From positions 37,386,001-37,450,000 of the forward strand of contig JBITNC010000002.1 in NCBI GenBank assembly GCA_050084985.1: DNA of 64,000 nucleotides. The letters are read 5' to 3'. Below the pieces are notes generated by a model. The model saw only the letters and a program-made list of their open reading frames with translations. It was not told where the DNA came from and ran no database searches. This stretch comes from Nageia nagi (taxonomy: Eukaryota > Plantae > Pinophyta). Position 1 is the first letter of the stretch. The number at the start of each line of letters is the position of its first letter. Made by a program: the position numbers and the translations under genes. Of this stretch, positions 24,601 to 35,354 are shown piece after piece.

Positions 24601-26843
24601 TATTTGCAAATAAAAACTCTCCTTTTTTGGGGTTGTTTAAGTCTGAAACAAATAGTGATGTGCATCATATACTATGTCCTATACATACAAAACTTAAACA
24701 AAAATTGGTTAAAAACACTAAGGAGGTTTGATTAAGCCATTCTTTCAAAATGGACACGTAAGCTCAAGTAGAAGATCATGCAAATAATTCAAGGGGTGGT
24801 TTAAAAACACCATTGTTTACCAAATCATGGTGTATGATGAAGATCAATGACTAATGTTGCTTATTTAATCCCAAAATGAGCTCCAAATTTGCATAAAATT
24901 GATCTTCTAATAAAACACACTAACCCTAGGTGTTTCACAGGAAATGCTATAGTGCTTTCTATAGAAATGTAATGACCTTTAGCATTTATGACTATTAAAT
25001 TGCTATGATCCTTAGCATTTCTAAATCTGCAAGCACAAAATGAAAAATTCAAGTCAAAATCATGATCATATGATGAGATAGAGCTACTGCATAAATAGAA
25101 CATGAAAAGGATGAGAGAAGATCTGGTGGGTATGTCTAAGGTCTGATGGTAGGAATAAGGCTTGAAATGATTGATTTCTCCCTTGCTCAAAGATAAAAAA
25201 TACTTCAATATCTCTCTCCCAAATGCTTATTTGATTGTGCTATATGATCAAATTTGATCAATTTACCATAATAATGCTTCAATCTTGTAAGATTAAGTTC
25301 TCAAGGACTCATGAAAACTTCCTCTCTAAAAATGTTGTCTCTTCAAATTGATTGATCGATCATTTGCTTGTTGTTGTTGTGATCCTTAGTGGAGGGAAGC
25401 CTTTGATTAAAGAATCATTTTCCAATATCTAGTTGTTTTAATTTGAATTCAAATGGACCTTCCCACTCAAAACTAGTTGTTGCTTGATTTGGCCAAGTGG
25501 GGAACATATCTCTTTATCTTTTTGTTCTATGTCAACAAAGCACATTAGTAAATAAGATATTTAATAATGCTCCAAAATTCAAATGTGAATTTATTACAAT
25601 ATGATTATGATTAATGCAATAAATATAAAAAATGCTAATTACATTTTGAAAATAAACAATTTTAATTTATTGCAAATAATATGACATATTATTTAATTGT
25701 AATTTTTGATTAATTAAGCATGGTAACAAACATGACTAAGTTTAATTGTAATTTTCTCCATAAATAAAAATGTTCAAAAATATAATTAAACATGATTAAG
25801 TTCAATTATATTTTTCAAATGATTATGATTAAATTGTAATAAACATGACTAAGTTAAATTGCAAATTTTAAGTGTATAATTGTGATTGAAAATACAAAGA
25901 AACATGGCTAAGTTTAATTGCATTTTTCAAGTAAATAATACTGATCAAAAAACATTATACATAAATAAGTCTAATATATTTTTCAAGTAAATAATAATAA
26001 TTAAAAATACATTAGACATGAGTAAGTCTAATATATTTTCTAAGTAAATATGATCAAAAATGTATTAAATAGGATTCAGTCTAATACATTTTCCAAATAA
26101 GTAAATATGATCAAAAACATATTAGATAGGACTCAATCTAATATATTTTTCTAAATAAATATGATCAAAAATGTATTAAACAAGAGTCAGTCTAATACAT
26201 TTTCCAAATATATGATATTATTGAAAATGTATTAGACATGACTCAGTCTAATATATTTCCCAACTATATATATGATCAAAAATACATTAGACATGAGTAA
26301 GTCTAACATATCTTCCAAATAAATATGATTGAAAATGTATTAAGTATGACTTAGTCTAATACATTTTTCAAATGAGTAAATATGATCGAAAACATATTAG
26401 ATAGAATTCAATCTAATATATTTCCCAAATAAATATAATCAAAAATAAATTAGACATGACTAAGTCTAACATATCTTCCAAATAAATATGATCGATAATG
26501 TATTAAACAAGATTTAGTCTAATACATTTTCCAAATATGTGTGTGATTGAAAATATATTAGACATGACTAAGTCTAACATATTTTCCAAGTGTGTAATTA
26601 TTATCAAAAATATATTATATAGGACTCAATCTAATATATTTTCCAAATATATTATTATGATTTGACAAGCATTTAATATGACAAATATTAAGTGCAAAAT
26701 TGACTATGATGAGCAAGTCTGTGATTTTTGACATTGTTGTTAAAAAGTGATCAAGACTATCAAAATGTACTTGACAATGCTAAATGTCCAAATACGTTAT
26801 GTTTTACCATTTGTAATGTAAGGTGATAATTTTAAGTGTCTAC
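24601..26843 (-). repeat. 3' LTR of Ogre/Tat #1
   Basis: Colinear with 44032-46262. Confidence 0.95.
25720..26650. repeat. Tandem array of ~17 palindromic ~53-57 bp units in LTR U3
   Basis: AAAA(T/C)RYATTAGAC-ATGACTAA-GTCTAATAYATTTT and variants. Confidence 0.93.
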
Positions 26844-27799
26844 ATTTTGCTCCTTTTTTATTTGTGTTTTGACTAGGCAAAATGCAATTCAAAAACTTAT
26901 TATTATTATTATTTTGTGTGATACAATATGAATGTAATGTGAAAGCTAACTACCCCAAGTGATATGTATGATCCCCCTCAAATGCATTTGCAATGAGGCA
27001 AAGAAGATAGAGATGTGTTTGATGATGAAAGAGAAGCAAGGGAAAAAATTCTAAAGGAGAAAAATGCTTTCATATTTCTAGAACATTACCGTGTTTTATA
27101 AAATGCCATCATGTTTCAATAAATGTGCTTGCATTTTAAATATGCTAAGGAAATGCTTCTGCATTTACAAAAAAATCATCATGTTTAGTAAAACACCATC
27201 GCATTTTTGCAAAACCCTAAAATGTGACTGCATTTTTTATTAGATAGGCTACAAAAAGATATTAGCTGGGCTAAATTGGCTCATTTACATTCATTGATTC
27301 TTATTGATTGAGCTCTAACTCTAACACCTCCTCCTCCTATTCATATGTGATCAATGACATGGCACAGTGATCCCATCGATAGAATTGGCCATGGGCCCTA
27401 CAATTGGTGCTAAAACTTAATCTTGCATTTAATTAAGTATTTTAGCTTAATTAAATTACAAAATTTGTTGGGGTAGAAAAATAGACACCAAGAGGGCAAA
27501 TTTGAACATTTTTGAAATAAAATGAATTGGGAAAAGGGTAGAACACTAGGTCAAACATAGACAGGTATGTAGAACATAAAAATTGAAAAATCTAGGCTAG
27601 AATAGGATCCTTAAAAGATGAAAAACTAGAAATGCAAGGGGTCCCAATGTTTACCAGTTAGAAATGCATAGTGTCTCTATGTTTCTATTTAGGAAATGCA
27701 AGGGGTTTTCATGTTTCTAACTGCAGGTAAAAAAAAATGATTTGGCCCTAGGTATTTCTATTTGGTGGGCAAGAAAAGTGTCTTAAATCTAGGTATTTC

Positions 27800-29615
27800 T
27801 TATAGAATTAGATTTTTGATGATTTTGATAGGTTGATAAGTGGGTCACAATGTGACATTGCTTCAGATAAATTTGAGGCCTACTTCAGCATATAATGGGA
27901 GTTGAGGAGTGGGAGTGGTTATTTTCTATTAGGATTGGCTACGTTGGGATGATGGATACTATGAATTATGATAATAGTTACATGACCGTGTTGGTTGAGA
28001 GGTGGGACACCTCCACCAACACTTTTGTGCTACTAACTGGAGAGTGTAGTATCACTCATGAGGATGTGTGGAGGATTTTCAAGATCCCTATCAAGGGATA
28101 TCCTCTGGTTGGGAGAGGATCAAGTGTCAATCGATAAGAGGCTACAATAGCATTGATTGGATTTGAGTGGGGTCATCTTTGATGGGGGACATGAGGTTTT
28201 GATTATGAGTTTGCCTACAAATATGGTCTCTGTGAGGTGTGACTTATGTTTATGATGGTTATCATTGCAACACACATTTACCTAGACTCTTCCAAGGGTA
28301 CTCTTTCCTTGGAAGTTATGTAATGTGATTTGATGTATGCATGAGGATGGTATTGTGTTTACATGGGGACCAGCTTTACTTGTAGTGACATACAAAGAGC
28401 TAGAAAAGATTAGACTCCATCGATAACAAGGGATGTAATGCTCCCTCCTCCTCTAGATATGGGTATGGGACCATATCAAGATAGGTAGGCCAACAGGGCT
28501 ACCTTTTGACATACATGCAGAGGGAGATGCAGGATGGGGTGATCCAAGTACGGAGGCATCTTATGTGATGATATGGGGGCAAGACTATGAGCCCAAGAGA
28601 TGGCATCCCCACATTGAGGATTTGACCTATTATAGAGATTTGATTTCTAGGATGAGGCTTCAAGATTTCATATGGAGGCCATATGTGGATAGACTTAGAT
28701 GGGTAGAGGATGGATTTGAGTTGAGCAAGATTATGAGGTCTTAATGGATCAAGACCCATCGAGGAGAGATAAAGATTTTCTATTTTGATAGGATGACATG
28801 ATAGGTCATACTAGTACACGATGTATTAGGGGCACTGATACTATATAGTTGATTTAGAATAGATGGGTTACCAATAGTAGTGTATGCTAAGATTGGAGTA
28901 GAGCTAGATCCCCCAGCTATGATTTCTATGGTGAGACATAGAGGGAATACACTTGTGTATGACTAGTTTTGGGTGGCAAGATTGGAAGTAGTAGCTCCCC
29001 TAGCAGGTGGAGATGAAGGTGATGGAAGATGGGCAAGTTCGATAGTAGGATTTGCAGTAGGTACAAGAGTAGCAATGGTGACAAGTGGTGGTGGAGGTGA
29101 TGAGGGTGATAGATGGGATGGTGTGGATGGTGGAGGTGGTGATGGGTGGGATGGTGGAGATGGAAGGGATGGATGGGATGGGGGAGATGGTGGGGGTGAT
29201 GATGGTGATCATGGATGGGGTGTGGATTATAGTGATGGTGGCTAGTGGGTTATCATTGTAGTGATGGGTCCTCCAATAGCTCAAGAGAGAGAGAGAGGAT
29301 ATGGTAGCATATCAGAGGATAACATAGCTTGAGGGAGATCTAGCAGTAGTGTGATAATTCATAGCTACATTGGAGCAAACTATTGATGGGAAAACTTATC
29401 ACCTTAGGGAGGTGATCGAGAGAGTTATGATGTATGAGGATAAGTTTGGGAGGATGTGACATCCTATTCCAGCTATGCCAAGTCAATCTAGGATAGCCAT
29501 GAGTAAGGGGACTTAGTAGACCCTGATAACATCTCAAGGCTCTCATTATCACTCAAGGCAATCAAGTTGATCACACCACCATTCGAATTGACCATCTAGC
29601 TCACACCATTTGAGG
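27800..29615 (+). pseudogene. Antisense plant mobile domain (PMD, MAIN-like) ORF with Gly/Asp-rich linker and coiled-coil tail, carried by Ogre/Tat #1
   Basis: YMTVLVERWDTSTNTFVLLTGECSITHEDVWRIFKIPIKG; later FTWGPALL, LL*IWVWDHI and FIWRPY motifs; GGDGWDGG repeats at 29000-29245; QRIT*LEGDLAVV**FIATLEQTID coiled coil. Confidence 0.88.
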
Positions 29616-32537
29616 TGATATAGTTGAGCTATGATGTGTACTATGTGTGGTTGTATTATATATGGATTACTAATGTATTATTTGTGATGGCCAAGAGGTC
29701 ATTTTTGGTGTATATATGTGTTCATATTTTGATGCATGTGTATATGATTCATGATTAATGATTTTATGATGTTTATATGATTTAAATGTTTTAGATGTGA
29801 TGTTTTTATGTTTATGCTTATGATGATGGGAACTATGTTGTGATGGATGTAATGTATATTGTATGTTTATGATCTAGGTGTTTTGATATATGGAATGCAA
29901 TATTCCTTATTTTATGATATACATTGTGAATGGATGCAATGAGTTAAGTTGAAATGTTTATTTAAATAATGTATGAAAAAATGAACATGTATGAATAACC
30001 ACATTCACAAATAAACATAGTTGATAAAAATAAAGATTAAAATGGATAAAAGAATAACAAAATAACAATGATAACACATTTAAATCAAATAATCAAAGGA
30101 TAAAAAGAGGAAATTTGATAAAAAGGTAAGAAGAATAATGATAAAAATAATAAAATAGTAAATAAGACATTGATAAAAACATAACAAAACTTTGATAAAA
30201 TCAACAAGTAAAAGACCACACAAATATTGTGACAATATATACACTAATTAAAAATAACAAGTGAAACTAAACAATGGGATTAAAAAGAATGTAACAAACA
30301 TGAATAACATTAGATAAACAAGCAATTACGTATAAAGCAAATGCACAAGTAAAACGATACCAAAGAGACTTAGAAAAATCATTAAATTCATCACAAAAGA
30401 ATCACCATAAGGACACATTTAAAATGTAATTTTAAGTGAACCAAAATGGAATGTAACAATATTGATTTAAATACATCATAAAAATGTAACTAAAATGAAC
30501 CAAAATAAAGTTTTTCTTATTTTGATATTTTTGAAAAAGTGAAAAAGGATCAACATTGACACTCAATGATAAGCAACCATCATGCCAATTTAAGAAACAA
30601 GTTTGATGATATGATAGGTGGATCAAAAATCTAAGTGTTGGAAAAGATGGATTGAAAAATGGAGATCATTCAACCTATTATCAAAGCAAAAATCAAAACC
30701 AACTTTAACTTTGCAAAAAAGCTTTAGTGCTCATTGAAAATGCAATGTTATGTGTAGGCTTGAAAATAGCTTATAAAAACTAAGCAAATGATAAAACTAG
30801 GTTACAAAACTTGACATACCGATCGCATTATATCGATATAGAATTAGAAAAATATAGATAAAAAAAGGGCAACATTTGATATTCCAAAATGGCAAATTAA
30901 AGAGCCAATTTTTACAAGAGTTAAATTTTGGGACGTTTGATCCTAAAATAAAATGGACTTAGAAATGGTTATGAAGCAAGTCAAAATGACTTGTTAAGGT
31001 ATAATAAAACATAATAAGGTAAAAAAAAAAAAAAAAATTGGAAGGCAAAATGATCAAGTGATTCAAATCGACATAGGGTGAAAAAGTGATCAAAGTGACC
31101 AAGTAGCCTACTTGGGAAAACAAAAGAAGGCATCTAGGATAACTGAAATGCAATGAAACTTATGAAATATAACCACATTTAGAACTATGGATAAAAAAAA
31201 ATAAGTTGTAAAGGAAACTAATGTGGTTAAGCAAGTGTTTGAAGGCCAAATGAAAGCCACAAAGTTCAAAGTGTCAAAAGATGCAAAGTGTGAAGTTTGA
31301 TAAAATGAGATAAAATGACTTAAACATTTACACAAGCAACATAAAATAGATCAAATAAATATAAAAAAATGATCAAATAGATAAAATAAAAGTGAAAATG
31401 GATTTGGGAAAAACTTCCATTTTAATGTGTAGAATGAGCTCTTTTGTCGAACAACTTTCGAATTGATGTTAAGCAATGTCATCCAATGGCCATGACATGA
31501 TAAATGTAATGATGAAATTATTTTGGAAATTGATGTGGCAAATCAAAAATGACATGATGTACAATGGAAATGTGGTAAAGATCAAGTTCTAGCTTAATGT
31601 GTAAGACATGTACTAACTCCATACCAGACTGGGTACAAGAGATTCGTCCAATGGTCAAGACCATAAGTGATGATACACATATAAGGGATGATGAACAAAC
31701 ATATATGAAGATATAAATAGGTTGTATGTGGTGAAAGGGGATGAGTGACTAGTGATTCCCATGTACCCAAAAAAAGGTAGGATGACATTAAAAGGCAAGA
31801 AATCACTAAGTATTGACTCCAAATGTAGTGACCTAAAAATAATGATACAAAATGAGTGATAAATGGAGAGGAGTCTTTAGCTAATGGAGAGGAGTCTTTA
31901 GCTACTTGCTATAGCTTTTGAAACCCTTCCATAATGTCAAGACAAAACAAAGGGTAGATTATGATTAATGACAAATGCAAGACTCTATTTTTGGTTTTTA
32001 AAATTTCTATATGTTTTTGTATTTTTTATTTTAAATTATTCTACTTAACCCCAATAGTTTAGGAGATAAAAAGAAAAATGTAGGTTGGCAAGCCTCCCAA
32101 GTATGTGATCATAAGCCAAACATGAAACATGATAGGATAAAATAGTAATAGATTAAATATATAATAAATGCCAATACAACATACTGAATGAAAGACTAAA
32201 ACAATGGCAATCCAACCAAATCAATAAGAATGGTAGGAAGAAAAATATACATGCATTGATATTGATATAGAAAGGGTTCCATCAATAGATGCTCATGTGG
32301 ATAGCAAAATTAAAGGTAGATACAAGAAAACATAAGTGGCTATAGTGAAAAAGATAATAATTCTACTGATAAGTCCAAATAGATGGTCAAATGAAAGACA
32401 AAGATAAAAGACCATGCTAAAGACTATGTTGAAGCGCCCATAGTGGGACTAAGAGAGCTAGAGTTTGAACTCTCAAGCTCAAAGGCTAGTGAGCTCAATT
32501 GGTTGATAGGTGAGCTCGACTGATTAAAAAGGATCGC

Positions 32538-33347
32538 ATGCAAAATTAGAGAAAAGTAGCACATGATGTCAAAATATGGGTAAAATACCCATTAATCATT
32601 CTCACAAACTAGCTACATCTAGAAGGTAAACTTCTAGTGTGGATCACATTGCTAGACTGTGTGCATGATGGTGAATGGATGATAGTGCTCCTTAGGATGA
32701 AGCACCGATGGACCAGTGAAGTGCAAGAAGTGAAACATAAGCATGTTCCATGGGTAGTAAAGAATGATCTTCCACATATAGTATGGGTGATAGAGAAGGG
32801 CCAATATAATGCATAGATGATTGGTATCTTCCAATTGATGAATGAAGAGGATGACATACTGGTGATAAATACAATCTATCTTGAATGCACATGATGCCAA
32901 GGTAGAGGATAGTCTATAATGCAAGGCAAGCATGCTGAATGACTTAGCTATGAATCTAATGGTGAAGGTCATCCTAAGGGAGATCAACATGAAGACCAAG
33001 GAAGAGGGTTCTATCCATGATTACAATTAGGTGATAGAAGAGAATGAAATGATAGAATCACAACTAACAAACTAAGAAGGATGACACAAATGAAGGGGAT
33101 GAACTGAAGCTATTAGGAAACTATCAGAGTTTCCCAAAATAAATTGAACATAAATGATAAATATAATGTGATGGAAGAAGAACATATAAGAACATGAAGC
33201 AATCCAAATCATCAATTGTTAATGAAAAATGAATGAAGTAGATCAAACTATAGTGACATGGGAGATGAATGAGACTACATGTTTGACTATTTGACTGAAT
33301 GGTTAAGGAAGATAAAATGTAATCACTACAAGAATGATATGAAATAA
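32538..33347 (+). pseudogene. Antisense ORF-A of unknown family in the Ogre/Tat 3' region (decayed)
   Basis: MQN*RKVAHDVKIWVKYPLIILTN*LHLEG...WMIVLLRMKHRWTSEVQEVKHKHVPWVVKNDLPHIV...; aligns with ORF-B. Confidence 0.6.
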
Positions 33348-33569
33348 GAAATGATGATTATTTTTATTAAAAACAAAGGGTGATTCCTATCGAGAAGTTC
33401 ATATGGGTAGCAAATGAAAAAAAAATATTCCCATTGATAAGCTTGGATAGGTAGTGAATGCAAAAGGAAAGATTCCAACTAAAAATCCCTATGGGTAGCC
33501 ATGATGGTGCGTTCGATGCATGATCAGGTGACTAAGCATCTAAAATGGGTCCAAATCAAGGAGCAACTA

Positions 33570-34150
33570 ATGAGACAATGATAGGAAGTGACATAGGAAG
33601 GAGAAGCAGTGACATAGAATCCAATCTCCATCATAGTGAATCACATAGAAGGAATACAAGAATGACCACTGAAGTTGAAACTAATGTATTGACTAGGAAA
33701 TAATGACTAGCTTGAAATACTTTTGTGAATGTAGAGATAGTGGACTGGCATAGTGCACCAACTACAATAAGAAGTAATTGAATGGGGTGTATACCATCAC
33801 ATACCACATCTAATCGAGATGAATCAATAGTAACAGGTAAAGGTAAACATGTTCAGCATGTTTGATATGATGGACCATGCAAATCTTGAAGTGATTTTTA
33901 GGCTACTCATGAGTGAAGGTGAGTCGTCATGATAGGGACTTGGTAGTAGATGCAACCTAAAGGGTCAAGGATGCATAGTTTCCATAGTACACAAGGACAT
34001 CTTAAAGCTCACTCAAGAGAAAGAGGAAGCAAAATAAATCCATGATAGAATAAAGAAATATGAGAACAAAATGCAAGAGAAGAAAAGGGATGAAGAGAAT
34101 AAGTTGTGAGAAATAAAAAGGATCGCACATGATTATAGACACTCAAAAGA
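33570..34150 (+). pseudogene. Antisense ORF-B, paralogue of ORF-A, with coiled-coil C-terminus (decayed)
   Basis: MRQ**EVT*EGEAVT*NPISIIVNHIEG...*LEILL*M*R*WTGIVHQLQ*EVIEWGVYHHIPHLI...KEEAK*IHDRIKKYENKMQE...NKL*EIKRIA. Confidence 0.6.
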
Positions 34151-34702
34151 TGCATAATGGAAGAGTGGAAATGATGATGACAATGGTAAACAAAGAAAAA
34201 GAATGGTCGAGATGAGAGATTCATAGCAATGAAAATCTCATATTGACATGTAGGGTTGAATGACAGTGGTTTGTATGGTCAAAGGAAATGATGGAGAAAA
34301 TAGTGATGTGGTATGCACATAATGAATGGATAGGGATGTAATGATTATGAACATAATGGCAATGCATAAAAATTAGGTGAATGGATAGGACACAATGATG
34401 GATATATATGTATTAGCTATGAGAATAGTTGAAATGAAATAGTGGATAGACATGTGGTAGACAAGATAGATGATCAAGATATAATGATAAATAGATGCAT
34501 AGAGACACTATACAACCCTTCATTGTTATCATGGCTATTAAATGGGATGTAGAACATGAGAATAATGTGAAGGACAAATTGACTAATCATGGATCCAATG
34601 GAGCCATGTTGGAATCAAATCCACAAATGAATAAACAATGTTAGAGGGTCCATGAGTAGTAGAGGTGATAAATAAAGGTTCAAACACATAGGAGATACTC
34701 CT

Positions 34703-35120
34703 ATGAATGTAGGTAGAGAGCCACAAGAATGGAAGGAAGTAGAGAATATCTACTTAATCCAACAACTGGTCAAAGCCAAGATAGAAGCAGAGATACTAAT
34801 GCAAAAATACAACATGCTACAGAGAGAACATCATGTGCATGCAACATTGGAGAGAGCTCATGGTTAAGCAAGATAAATTAACAACAAAAAAGGAAGTGAT
34901 GATAAAAGAAGCTCAAGAGATGGAATGAAAGCTAAAGCACAACTTCTACAATGCTCATAACGATCTATGCTGAAATAAGCAATGATGGAATAGGAGATTC
35001 AATGTATATGAGAACATCCTCTTACACGATAGAATCCGCATTCCAAGGTCAACATTGGATGCTTTGAAAGTGGATGTGACAACTATGGATTCTACAAAGG
35101 AGAACTCACAATTACAATAG
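34703..35120 (+). pseudogene. Antisense coiled-coil ORF-D just downstream of pol (one frameshift)
   Basis: MNVGREPQEWKEVENIYLIQQLVKAKIEAEILMQKYNMLQREH...KEVMIKEAQEME*KLKHNFYNAHNDLC*NKQ*WNRRFNVYENILLHDRIRIPRSTLDALKVD... Confidence 0.5.
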
Positions 35121-35354
35121 ACTCAAGATGAAGAAAACTCAAAATAGAATGAAGAGAGTACAAAACTAAGCATAGACTAGATAGGATGCTTACTAGGTTA
35201 ATTCAATTGATGATGAATGGAACAATGTAGATGGATGAATTTACAAATTTGCCATCGTAAAATGTATGATAAAAATAAATTAATAAAATGAAAATTTTGT
35301 TATGCACATGTTTTATTTTTGTTTTTATTTTTATTTGAATGAATGTTTTTGTAT

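Noticed and set aside
25720-26650. CRISPR-like look of regularly spaced palindromic repeats (also at 45150-46070)
   Set aside because: The inter-palindrome segments are themselves repeated (AAATAAATATGATC) rather than unique spacers. There are no cas genes, and the array sits in both LTRs of a plant retrotransposon.
29000-29284. Thr/Ile/Pro-rich minus-strand ORF
   Set aside because: It is the antisense shadow of the Gly/Asp repeat linker of the PMD ORF.
32609-32999. Three overlapping minus-strand ORFs as a possible env-like gene
   Set aside because: They are stop-poor shadows of the purine-rich plus strand; the paralogy signal is on the plus strand.
32525-34705. Shine-Dalgarno-like AGGA(G) just upstream of the antisense ORF ATGs, and an identical AAAAAGGATCGCA at 32526 and 34115
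   Set aside because: The strand is very purine-rich and the context is eukaryotic. The shared 13-mer is equally explained as KRIA codons of paralogous units, so it is not evidence of bacterial origin.
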